Below are positions 10,829 to 19,586 of a stretch of 64,000 nt of DNA, piece by piece. This DNA comes from an uncultured delta proteobacterium. GTDB lineage: Bacteria; Desulfobacterota; Binatia; Binatales; Binataceae. The stretch is from the NCBI GenBank assembly GCA_963848285.1, contig CAWKCZ010000003.1, positions 964,009 through 1,028,008 of the forward strand, given 5' to 3'. Below the pieces are notes generated by a model. That model did no database searches and was not told the DNA's origin. It worked only from the letters and a program-made list of their open reading frames with translations. A program made the position numbers and the translations under genes. The stretch's first letter is position 1. The number at the start of each line of letters is the position of its first letter.

Positions 10829-11701
10829 ATGAAAGTTCGCAAGGCTGTAGTTGTGGCCGCCGGGCTCGGCACGCGGATGCTGCCGGCCTCCAAGGTGCTT
10901 TCCAAGGAGATTCTGCCGGTGGTCGATACGCCAGCGATCCAGCTTATCGTCGAGGAGGCGATCGCCTCGGGCATCGAGGAAGTCATCGTTGTCATCACGC
11001 CCGGCCGCACGATGGTGCTGGATCACTTCAAGCCCGCCCTCGAACTCGAGCGCAGCTCGAGGCGAAGGGCAAGACCGACGTTCTCGAGATGATCCGCAAG
11101 ACCAACGCGCCGGTGAAGCTGACCGCGGCATACCAGGAAAAGCCGCTGGGCCTCGGCCATGCCGTACTGCAGGGAGCCAAGGCGGTTGGCGATGAGCCAT
11201 TCGCCGTGTTCCTGCCCGACGACATCATCGATGCGGACAAGCCCTGTTTGCGCCAGTTGCTCGACGTCGCCGAAAAGAAAGATTCGCCGGTGGTAGCACT
11301 TCTGCGAGTTGCGCAAAGCGAGCTGTCGAAGTACGGCATCGTCGCGGTCAAGCCGGCGGGCGACGCGTGTGTATGAGCTTACCGGCATGGTCGAAAAGCC
11401 TCCGCCAGGCAAAGCGCCGAGTGAGTTCGCCATCATGGGACGTTACGTGCTGACGCCGGATATCTTCGACCTCATTCGGCAGGGCAAGCCGGGCGCCGGT
11501 GGGGAAATTCAGCTTACCGATGCGTTGCTTGGGCTGGTCAAGCAGCGCAAGATCTATGGCTACGAGTTCGAGGGCACGCGGTACGACCTCGGCGACCGGG
11601 TCGGCTACATCACGGCGCAAATCGGCTACGGCTTGAAACGCCCGGAACTCGCTGATAGGTTGCGGGCCTACCTCGACACGGTGACCTCGCGCAAGAATTA
11701 G
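10829..11701 (+). pseudogene. galU: UTP--glucose-1-phosphate uridylyltransferase GalU, with the frame broken twice
   Basis: Frame 1 reads MKVRKAVVVAAGLGTRMLPASKVLSKEILPVVDTPAIQLIVEEA...FKPALELE. Frame 2, from ~11045, reads LEAKGKTDVLEMIR...LGLGHAVLQGAKAVGDEPFAVFLPDD...KYGIVAVKPAGD. Frame 3, from ~11365, reads RVYELTGMVEKPPPGKAPSEFAIMGRYVLTPDIF...EIQLTDAL...YGYEFEGTRYDLGDRVGY. Together these form a colinear GalU. Confidence 0.85.
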
Positions 11702-11708
11702 CCTCGGT

Positions 11709-11784
11709 GGGGCAGTAGCTCAGCTGGGAGAGCACAACGTTCGCAACGTTGGGGTCGAGGGTTCAAATCCCTTCTGCTCCACCA
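11709..11784 (+). tRNA. tRNA-Ala (anticodon CGC) with encoded CCA
   Basis: A hand-folded cloverleaf: acceptor GGGGCAG/CTGCTCC with G3:U70, D arm GCTC-AGCTGGGA-GAGC, anticodon arm CAACG-TTCGCAA-CGTTG, T arm GAGGG-TTCAAAT-CCCTT, and 3' ACCA. Confidence 0.95.
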
Positions 11785-12185
11785 TCCAATCCCTCGCTTG
11801 CTAGCATGGCCATGGGTAATTCCAGGCAGACCAGGCCACTTGAGGTGCCGTCGAGGACGAAAGCTCCCCCGCCGCACCACTTGATTCGGCGGGTAAGTGC
11901 TATGACAGATTCACAATTCTGCGTTTGACTTAGCTAATCCATTTTTATACTAACCATATCGTCGCCGCGGAATCCTCGGGCACCAAAGCAATACATAGAG
12001 TTAGGTTGCTAGTGGTCTGCGGAAAAGGTCGCCGCGGGGGGTAGCCATGCCTTCATTTCGCTCGTTGCGAACATTGCTTCGATTTCCTTCGATGGAAACG
12101 AGCTTTCTCGGCATGACTCTGGGTTAGGGTTTTCCGCAGAAGGACTCGGCCATTACCGATGGTCGAGAGCCAGGGAGGGGTTCCT

Positions 12186-13941
12186 ATGAAACGAGGTCCG
12201 AAGACCGGCAAGAGCATAACGCGTGGCATTCTCAGCTTCGCCGTTGTAGCCGCTTTCCTTATGTTTACATTGGCGTCGCCCGCAACACCTGCAACGAGCC
12301 TGCGCAAGGCCGCCCAGTCGAGCATCGGAACCGCCGACGAAACCAGCGATCCGAGTACTCAACTCGTAGGTTTCTATGATGTGTCCGAGCCCGCGAGCGA
12401 GAACGGCACCGGTGCCGGCGATAATATCCTGCAGCTGATCAATACGACTTCGTCCAGCGGCGATCTGTGCGCGATGATCTACGTCTTCGACGATGATGAG
12501 GAAATGGGCGAATGCTGTGGATGCGCCCTAACCCCAAACGGAACCTTGTTGTTGTCCTTTCGCAATGATCTGACCAGCAACTGGCGCGAGGCTTCCAACG
12601 ATTTTGAAAGCGGAGTCGTCCAGATCTTATCCGCTTCTCAAAATGCGGCTCCGGCTTCTTGCCTTCCGTCCAGCGGATGCAACGGGGGATGCGATCCCAG
12701 TGTCGCCTACGTGCAAACACCGCAGCTCAACGGTAGCATCACCAGGGCAGAGCGTATCGGTGGCGCTTTTGGGTTAACCGAAACTGCGTTGAGCGACAGG
12801 GGCAGTGCCGGGGAGGAGGAACAAGGCTTCCTCACCGCGCAATGCTCCAACATCGTGCAACATGGTTCGCACAAGGGAATCTGCTCTTGCGAACCAAACC
12901 CGCCACCTCCCACCCCAACCGCGACCGCTACTCAGAGCCGCAACCGCGACCGCTTCGTCCTCGTCGACCGCCACTCAAAGTGCTACGGCAACCCAGACGG
13001 CGACCGCCACTGATACCCAGACGGCGACTGCCACTGCGACCCAGACGGCGACCGCCACCGCGACTCAGACGGCGACCGCTACCGCAACCCAGACGGCGAC
13101 CGCCACTGATACCCAGACGGCGACCGCCACCCTGACCCAAACGGCAACCACCACCGCGACCGAGACGGCGACCGCTACTGCAACCGAAACGGCTACTGCG
13201 ACCCCGACTGCAACAGCGACGGCGACTTCGCAGTTTGTAACCTCCGGCACGAGCTTCAATGTTCCGGCCGACTGGAACGACAGCAATAACACCATCGAGT
13301 GCATCGGTGCGGGAGGTGGTGGTGCTAGCACTAACGGAGCGGCCGGCGGCGGCGGTGGCGCGTATTGCAAGGCCGTCAATGTCAGCCTCACTCCCAGCGG
13401 CAGCGTTCAAATCCAGATCGGAGCTGGAGGCGCAGCACATACCGCGGGCACCGCATCCTGGTTCAACGGCACCAGCTCAACTGTAGCCTCGTGTGGGGCC
13501 GCGGGCGGGGCAGGCGGCAGCGGTGGTACGGCCGGCGCGGGTGGAACAACCGCTAACAGTATCGGAGGGACCACCTTCAAAGGCGGCAATGGTGGCAGGC
13601 ACTTGTGGAAACACTTGTGCGTCCGCGGGCGGCGGGGGAGCGGGTGGCCCCAACGGGGCAGGCGTCAATGGCGCGAGTGCTCCAAGCATTATCCTGGTGC
13701 CGGTGGCGCAGGTGATAATGGTTCCGGTGGCACCGGCGGGGTAGTAGGTGGGGGCGCTGGCGGAAATGGCACAGAATTCCAAGTCTCACCAGCCTTTGGA
13801 AGTGGAGGCGGCGGCGGCTCGGGAACGGGCAGCGCCAATGGCGGAGCCGGCGGCACTTACGGCGCGGGTGGCGGCGGCGCTGGCCATGGAGGCGGCGTAG
13901 GCAGCAACGGGCTCTGCATTGTCACGTACACGCCGCTTTAA
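12186..13941 (+). pseudogene. secreted mosaic protein: Cys-rich N-terminal domain, Thr/Ala/Gln 8-aa tandem-repeat linker, and C-terminal glycine-rich domain. The frame is broken about 3 times.
   Basis: An AGGGAGGGG Shine-Dalgarno sequence precedes the ATG at 12186, followed by a signal/anchor (ILSFAVVAAFLMFTLASPA). The N-domain has GECCGCAL, SCLPSSGCNGGCD and GICSC. A frame switch near 12938 leads into (TQTATATA)n. The C-domain reads FVTSGTSFNVPADW...IECIGAGGGGAS...GGGGGAYCK...GLCIVTYTPL. An internal stretch (~13591-13690) gives glycine-rich sequence (AGTCGNTCASAGGGGAGGPNGAGVNGASAPS) only in another frame. Confidence 0.6.
12967..13230 (+). repeat. 24-bp tandem repeat, about 11 units, consensus ACCCAGACGGCGACCGCCACYGCG, encoding TQTATATA
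   Basis: Units read directly from the sequence start at 12991, 13015, 13039, 13063, 13087, 13111, 13135, 13159, 13183 and 13207. A degenerate unit lies at 12967. Variation is mostly at third-codon positions and the last two codons. Confidence 0.9.
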
Positions 13942-14002
13942 CGGCTGATGCAAAAGCTGATGACGGTGGCATCAAGAAATTGAGCGCCGGAATTCGATGA
14001 TG

Positions 14003-14042
14003 GCGAGGCAGCACGGGTGATTGAATTACCGTGCTGCCTCGC
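14003..14042. terminator. perfect 14-bp inverted repeat between convergent genes (candidate bidirectional terminator)
   Basis: GCGAGGCAGCACGG (14003-14016), a 12-nt loop, then CCGTGCTGCCTCGC (14029-14042). It lies between the stop of the glycine-rich gene (13941) and the stop of mepA (14183). There is no strong U-tract on either side. Confidence 0.55.
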
Positions 14043-14182
14043 GCAATTTGGGCGCGCGAATCATGCGTTCCTGAAAGCCCGCACGACGCCGCGCGAAGCA
14101 GAATGACACGCACATCGGTTGGCAAGCTTGCGGCGAATCTTTGCCAGACTTATCTGGCGGCGCTTCCGGGGGTCCACATCGA

Positions 14183-15136
14183 TCAGCGGCCGGACTTTGA
14201 ACCGTGGGAGCGATCAGGTCCGGGGGGCGCAGCGACGAGCGCGGCACAGGCCGCCGGTAGATCGCCAAGCCGCAGCGGTTTTGAGACCGGCGACGGTCGC
14301 GGATGGCGCGCCGCTTCGGTGAACCACCACTCGAGTTCTTTGCCGCATCCGTCGCCGGGCGGCGGTATTTCTTGCCCACGACATTGAGGGTTCCCGCTCG
14401 GACAGAAAAGCCGGACATGGAAATGGTAATTGTGCCCCCACCACGGCCTGATCTTGGTCAACCAGGTTCGCTCCGATCCGCCCTCGCGGCACAGCGCGCG
14501 CTTGATCGCCGGGTTGACAAAAACGCGCTCCACCGACGGCTCTCGGGCGACCGCCTCCAGCAATCGACGATGCGACGGCGTCCAGACTCTCGGGTCGATG
14601 TCCAATCCATTCTTTGCGACAACGTCGGTTGCCGAAATATCGTCCCGCTCGGCCGGACTGAGCCGCCGCTTCGGCATTGGGGTCAGCCAGATGTCGGCAT
14701 CGAGGCCGATCTGGTGCGAGCCATGGCCGGTCAGCATCGGTCCGCCGCGGGGCTGTGCGATGTCACCGATGAGAAGCCCGGGCCAGCCGGCTTCGCTCGG
14801 CAGTTTTTCTGCCAACCGTTCAAGAAAGGCGATCAGGGCCGGATGGCCCCACGCGCGGTTGCGTGATGGACGCATGACCTGCCAGTCCGGCCCGTCGGCA
14901 GGCATTGCGATGGCGCCACTTAGACAGCCGCGAGCATAGGACCCGATAGCCTCCGGCGGGCCGAGCGCAGGGATGCTCTCTTGTCCGAACAAAACTTTCG
15001 CCGCATCGGGCGGCAACTGCGCTATCACCATGGCGCGGCGCCGCGCCTCTTGGGCGGCGGTGTCCTGGGCCGAAGCGTCTCTGCAGCCAAGACAGACCAG
15101 CAGCATCAACATGCCGCATAGGCAGAGGCTTCTCAT
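14183..15136 (-). CDS. mepA: penicillin-insensitive murein endopeptidase MepA
   Basis: The ORF contains MRPSRNRAWGHPALIAF, GHGSHQIGLDADIWL and WWGHNYHFHVRL (MepA zinc ligand motifs). The signal peptide starts at the internal Met (MRSLCLCGMLMLLVCLGC), so I placed the start at 15136 rather than 15187. Confidence 0.85.
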   Translation of the reverse strand: MRSLCLCGMLMLLVCLGCRDASAQDTAAQEARRRAMVIAQLPPDAAKVLFGQESIPALGPPEAIGSYARGCLSGAIAMPADGPDWQVMRPSRNRAWGHPALIAFLERLAEKLPSEAGWPGLLIGDIAQPRGGPMLTGHGSHQIGLDADIWLTPMPKRRLSPAERDDISATDVVAKNGLDIDPRVWTPSHRRLLEAVAREPSVERVFVNPAIKRALCREGGSERTWLTKIRPWWGHNYHFHVRLFCPSGNPQCRGQEIPPPGDGCGKELEWWFTEAARHPRPSPVSKPLRLGDLPAACAALVAAPPGPDRSHGSKSGR

Positions 15137-15191
15137 GACGGCGGCTCTCCACCGAATTCGTCTGAGGTTCTGCCCAGAGGGCAACATCGGG

Positions 15192-16658
15192 CTAATTGGG
15201 CTGCCACCCAGGCGGCATCTGTTTCTTCGTAGCGACGACGACCTTCCATTGAGGGGGATTTTGCTTTGCGTCCTCCACCAGCTTGTAAGTGCCGATGATC
15301 ACGCCTCCGCTATAACAGCAACTGGGGTCGCTGCGATTGTAGATCGGATCGAAGAACACCCAGGTTCCGCCCTCAAAATAGGCGTCTCCATATTCCCCGC
15401 TCGCCGGAACCGGGACCAATCGATCGTTTTCGATCTTGTAGAAATCGTTACCCTGATAATGAAACCCATCAGACGAGGGGATTTCGAGAAAGAATCCTCT
15501 TTGCTCAGTGACGCCGACATCGCTGATGCGCTGGTAGTTCGCCTTGAAGATGGATGGATGCCCATAGTGGATTCCCGTTCCGTCCTCCTCCGGGTCGGAG
15601 TACATCACCTGCTCTTGTCGATATTGATCCGGCGCGACCTTCTTCCAGATCACCAATCGATCTGAGCGGTCCTGTCCCGCATGGACCGTGATGATCAATG
15701 GTGTATTGAGCCCGGCGCCATTTGCGAGCGGCACCTTGTTGACCAACTGCGATGGATATTCGTGATCGGAATCGGCCGGAATCATCGCGTCCATCTGCTT
15801 CGCGCTGTAAAGACGATTATCCGGACCGGGAAGCTTGTCGCCTGACGGAGCTTCATTTTTATCCGCGGCTTCGGCAGCCTTTTGCGCTTCACCCCCAGCC
15901 TGGAGGAGGGCAGTTATCGCGCTGCTGCGGACGTCGGAGTTCGGGTCTTTGAGCGCGGCCGTAAGAGGCGCAATCGCGTCGGGCGGGATCGGTTTCATGC
16001 CGGCAAGCGCGTAGGCTGCGTTTTGCCGGACATACAGGTTGGAACTTTTGAGCGCGCGAGCCAGCGCCGGCACCGCGGCAGCCCCGATCTCGGAGAGCGG
16101 GCCAACCGAATCGGACGGAGGTCGTTCGCCCAGATTCGCGATCAGCATCTGCGTCAGATAAGGACAACGCGGCTTGATCCCCAATATCGTGCGAAGCAAA
16201 AAGCTTCGGTTGTCCGGGTCGTGTGCGAGGGCCTTCTCCAGCGCTGAGCACGCCCCGACACCTTCTAGCTGAGCCAAGGCTTGTCCAGCCGGCGCCCGAA
16301 TGTAGGATTGCCGATCTTTGGCGAGCGCATGTTCCAGAGCGGGAATCGCCGGCTTGGCCGCAGGTCCCATTTTTTGAAGAACCTCGATCGCGGAGCCGGC
16401 AAACGAGCCATCTCCCTCCATGACCAGCCGGATGAAAATCGGAAGCACCCGGAGATCAGTTGGATCGGCGTAGTAAAGCGCGAAAGCCGCATAGCATTGC
16501 GTCTCGGGATCGGAATCCTTGAGCGCTTGCGTCAACTCGGGCAACACGGGATCCAGATCCTTGGGTTCGATTCTGTTCTTGGTCCCACGTTGCTCTTTCG
16601 CAGAAATCTGAGACCAACCCGCCATGGTGTCGATTGTCCGCAGCGCGCCTTTTCTCAT
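15192..16658 (-). CDS. HEAT-repeat protein (C-terminal portion), with a ~200-aa C-terminal domain of unknown function
   Basis: Repeated HEAT/PBS-type units are present (LTQALKDSDPETQCYAAFAL, AIPALEHALAKDRQSYIRAPAGQAL, VPALARALKSSNLYVRQNAAYAL, LTAALKDPNSDVRSSAITAL). It overlaps the upstream ORF by ATGA (16655-16658). Confidence 0.65.
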   Translation of the reverse strand: MRKGALRTIDTMAGWSQISAKEQRGTKNRIEPKDLDPVLPELTQALKDSDPETQCYAAFALYYADPTDLRVLPIFIRLVMEGDGSFAGSAIEVLQKMGPAAKPAIPALEHALAKDRQSYIRAPAGQALAQLEGVGACSALEKALAHDPDNRSFLLRTILGIKPRCPYLTQMLIANLGERPPSDSVGPLSEIGAAAVPALARALKSSNLYVRQNAAYALAGMKPIPPDAIAPLTAALKDPNSDVRSSAITALLQAGGEAQKAAEAADKNEAPSGDKLPGPDNRLYSAKQMDAMIPADSDHEYPSQLVNKVPLANGAGLNTPLIITVHAGQDRSDRLVIWKKVAPDQYRQEQVMYSDPEEDGTGIHYGHPSIFKANYQRISDVGVTEQRGFFLEIPSSDGFHYQGNDFYKIENDRLVPVPASGEYGDAYFEGGTWVFFDPIYNRSDPSCCYSGGVIIGTYKLVEDAKQNPPQWKVVVATKKQMPPGWQPN

Positions 16659-17224
16659 CCCGGGTCACTGCCACGTAGTTGGTCGAAGAGAAGCGGAAGC
16701 ACGGGTTTACCCACGGACGCCAATCTGGTCATCGCGTCGGGGTATCCATGCTTCTTGTCAATATCGATCAAAATCGGCCATACCTTGGGGGTCTTGGGAG
16801 CGAGGCATCCCAGCAGATTGACTCCGATCTGCCGAAGGAAACCGCCGGTCTGGACCCAGCGCTGCACGGTTGGAATCGCGGCGGTCCCGGCATTACAGAT
16901 GGCTGCCTCGGCGTAGTCCCGGACCTGGTTGTCACCGCCCGTCGCCTCCACAATCGTGATCATTGTTTGCAGGGTCTCGGATGAAACCGGTTCGATTTTG
17001 CTGAGGGCCTTGGCTGCGTCGCGCTGTTTCTGGATATCCGGATCATGCAACTGCTGCAGGAGGTGCGCGGTGTCCTTGGTAGCTTCGGCGGCATCCTTGG
17101 TACCTTGGGCGGCGTGCGCGATGCCCAAGTAGACTGCCCCAGTAAGAACGACGACGCTGACGAGCAGCGCGATGCGAATGGCGGTTCGAAATACTCTGGC
17201 CATGGCAGTCACAGAGTTTACCAC
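16655..17224 (-). CDS. HEAT-repeat protein (N-terminal portion with a membrane anchor)
   Basis: The ORF has an N-terminal TM (IRIALLVSVVVLTGAVYLGIAHA), followed by LLQQLHDPDIQKQRDAAKAL and further HEAT-like helices. It ends ...LLFDQLRGSDPG directly abutting MRKGALRTI of the next ORF. Confidence 0.65.
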   Translation of the reverse strand: MVNSVTAMARVFRTAIRIALLVSVVVLTGAVYLGIAHAAQGTKDAAEATKDTAHLLQQLHDPDIQKQRDAAKALSKIEPVSSETLQTMITIVEATGGDNQVRDYAEAAICNAGTAAIPTVQRWVQTGGFLRQIGVNLLGCLAPKTPKVWPILIDIDKKHGYPDAMTRLASVGKPVLPLLFDQLRGSDPG

Positions 17225-17352
17225 ATCTATCAGGATGACTGGTCGGAATTTGAAAAAGAAATCCCCTCCGGTCGCCGGCTCACGCCGATCCCGTGGTCCA
17301 CATCCAGTCTCATTTACGACATTGCGGAGAATCGGCTAAGAGGCTGCGCGTA

Positions 17353-17742
17353 CTATCGGCGGCGGCGTTCGCCACCCACAGTCTGCAGAGCATCATTCAG
17401 CATATCGCGCACTTTGCCATGAGCGCCGGCACCGGATGCGAGTCGAACCTCGCCCTCCTCGCGCACAATCAACAGCAGCTGATCATTTTCCAGGTCTTCC
17501 GAGGCGACGCGGACCAAGGCCCGTGTGGTCATGTCGAGGGTTTGCGCTTCCAATTCGCTAAGACGGCCCAGGCATTGCGCCAAGATAACTGGCGCATCGA
17601 GTCCGCCGCCCTCGGATGCGCCCAGCCTGATCCGACCGCCATCGCGCACCAGCAGCAGGATGTCTCCGTCAAACTCCTCGGCAGCGGTCGCAACCACCGC
17701 CTGCAGAGTCGTGCGATCAAAGGGTTTTGATTCCTCGTCCAT
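17353..17742 (-). CDS. hypothetical protein (129 aa) with an internal duplication
   Basis: I started it at the internal ATG (17742) of the 239-aa track ORF. Two similar halves are visible (DGDILLLVRDGGRIRLGASEGG and NDQLLLIVREEGEVRLASGAGA). No family is recognised. Confidence 0.35.
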   Translation of the reverse strand: MDEESKPFDRTTLQAVVATAAEEFDGDILLLVRDGGRIRLGASEGGGLDAPVILAQCLGRLSELEAQTLDMTTRALVRVASEDLENDQLLLIVREEGEVRLASGAGAHGKVRDMLNDALQTVGGERRRR

Positions 17743-17880
17743 CAGTGCCTTGACCCAGAGTATAACAGCCACGCGGATTCGACTATGGAGACTGACATTC
17801 TTGACACAGAAACCGGTTCGCAACAGACTGCCTATCCGCCTATCGATTGATCGGCTTCCAAAACAGTTCGGAGAATAGAT

Positions 17881-19506
17881 GTGACAGAATTCGGGAATTC
17901 GCAAGCAAAAATTCCCGAAGGTGACAAATCCGAGCGTCGATGCGTGTTGATAGTCGGCGCGGGGCCGACCGGCCTGCTGCTCGCCGCCGAACTGCAACGG
18001 CGCGACGTTCCGTGTCATCTGATCGACGCCCGCTCCGGTCCGCTTCATTGGGATCGCGCGACGGTCGTGCATCCCCGCTCACTGGAAGTGTTCGAATCGC
18101 TGGGGCTCATCGAAAAGTTCCTCGCCGCCGGCACGAAGCAGTGCGCGGTGAAGTTTCACTCCGGCGGCCAGGTGCTGGGAACCATGGAGCTCTCGACCTG
18201 CGGCAGCACTTACGGCTTCAATCTCGGCGTCTCCGAAGATGTCACCGAGTCGATCCTCACCGACTATCTCCATGAACAAGGTGGCGAGGTCACGCGGTCG
18301 TCTCGCCTGGTCGGGCTAACCCCTCATTCTGACGGGGTGCTCGCCGATATCGAGCGCGACGGCGAACGTTACCAGGTGAATGCCCGCTGGGTGGTCGGAT
18401 GCGACGGCATCCACAGCGCGACGCGCGAGTTGAGCGGGATCGGATTCGAGGGCCACGACATTGCCAGGCCGTGGGCGGTCTTCGATGCGACGGCGGCAAA
18501 CTGGGCGCAGCCGTACGACGTGAGTTTCGTCTACCTCGAAATGGTCCCGGTCATTCAAATCGCGCTGCCGGGGCAGCGCTGGCGCGTCTATATGCGACCC
18601 AGTTCGGACGAGTCCGATCTGGTCGCCGAGGCCACCGCGACTATTCACCTCTATGAACCCACCGTCTCGTATGTCGACATCGAAAACCCCACCCGATTCC
18701 ATTGCCACACCAAGGTAGCGACCCAATTTCGATCCGGCGCGGTCTTGCTGGCCGGCGATGCCGCGCATCTCTGCTCGCCGACCGAGGGTCACGGGATGAA
18801 TGCCGGCTTGCAGGACGCGGTTAATCTGGCATGGAAACTTGCGCTGGTTTACCAAGGCGCCGCCGACCCGTCATTGCTGGATAGTTATGAGGCCGAGCGG
18901 CGGCCGATCGCGGAAATGATCACGCGCTCCGGCGACGTCACGGAACATAGTCAGACGCTTACCGACCCAGCCGAACGCGCGGTGCGCGACAATGCCATCC
19001 GGTCCGCGCTCGCCGAGTCGAAGGCGCGGCATCATGAGGTGGTGGCCGAGGCAGAGCTGAATGTGACCTACGCGGGCTCGCCGATCGTCGCGGGCGATGC
19101 CGATACCCGACTGGCCGCCGGGCAACGATTTCCCAACACTGTATACGCCCGGCCATTCAATGCGTCCGCGGGTCGATTGCATGAGCTGACTCATCGCGGG
19201 GGGCACACGATATTGCTGCTCGGCGGGCGCAACGCCGAAGTTCCCGCACTCGCAAGCCTTCTCATCGAGCTGCAAACCTTTGTCACCAATTCGCTATTGT
19301 TCGAGGCAGCCTTTGCCTTCAGCGCACACCCCGATCGGGAAGAACATGTCGGGCAGCTTGAGCCTGCCGACGCCGATCTCCTCGGGGTTTCTGGCATTGC
19401 ACTTCTGGTAGTGCGCCCCGACGGTTACATTGGCCTGCGCTCCGACCGGGATCATCTAAAAGCGCTCGCACGGTACCGGGCGTTCTTTGGCGTCGTCCCC
19501 CGGTAA
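17881..19506 (+). CDS. FAD-dependent aromatic-ring monooxygenase (PheA/TfdB-type hydroxylase family)
   Basis: The ORF contains VLIVGAGPTGLLLAAELQRRDV (GxGxxG), VVGCDGIHSATR (DG motif) and LAGDAAHLCSPTEGHGMNAGLQDAVNLAWKL (GD motif), plus a C-terminal thioredoxin-like tail. Confidence 0.85.
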   Translation: MTEFGNSQAKIPEGDKSERRCVLIVGAGPTGLLLAAELQRRDVPCHLIDARSGPLHWDRATVVHPRSLEVFESLGLIEKFLAAGTKQCAVKFHSGGQVLGTMELSTCGSTYGFNLGVSEDVTESILTDYLHEQGGEVTRSSRLVGLTPHSDGVLADIERDGERYQVNARWVVGCDGIHSATRELSGIGFEGHDIARPWAVFDATAANWAQPYDVSFVYLEMVPVIQIALPGQRWRVYMRPSSDESDLVAEATATIHLYEPTVSYVDIENPTRFHCHTKVATQFRSGAVLLAGDAAHLCSPTEGHGMNAGLQDAVNLAWKLALVYQGAADPSLLDSYEAERRPIAEMITRSGDVTEHSQTLTDPAERAVRDNAIRSALAESKARHHEVVAEAELNVTYAGSPIVAGDADTRLAAGQRFPNTVYARPFNASAGRLHELTHRGGHTILLLGGRNAEVPALASLLIELQTFVTNSLLFEAAFAFSAHPDREEHVGQLEPADADLLGVSGIALLVVRPDGYIGLRSDRDHLKALARYRAFFGVVPR

Positions 19507-19586
19507 TTGCACGATTGCTCGCCTTGCTTCGCGCGGCTGGCCTCTCGGATTCGCGCTCACTCCAGGTTGATGGGGATTTTTTCTGC

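Noticed and set aside
12967-13230. The tandem 24-bp array considered as a CRISPR or other non-coding repeat locus
   Set aside because: The units are contiguous, with no spacers. The period is a multiple of 3, and the array reads as an in-frame TQTATATA peptide linking two protein domains. No cas genes are nearby.
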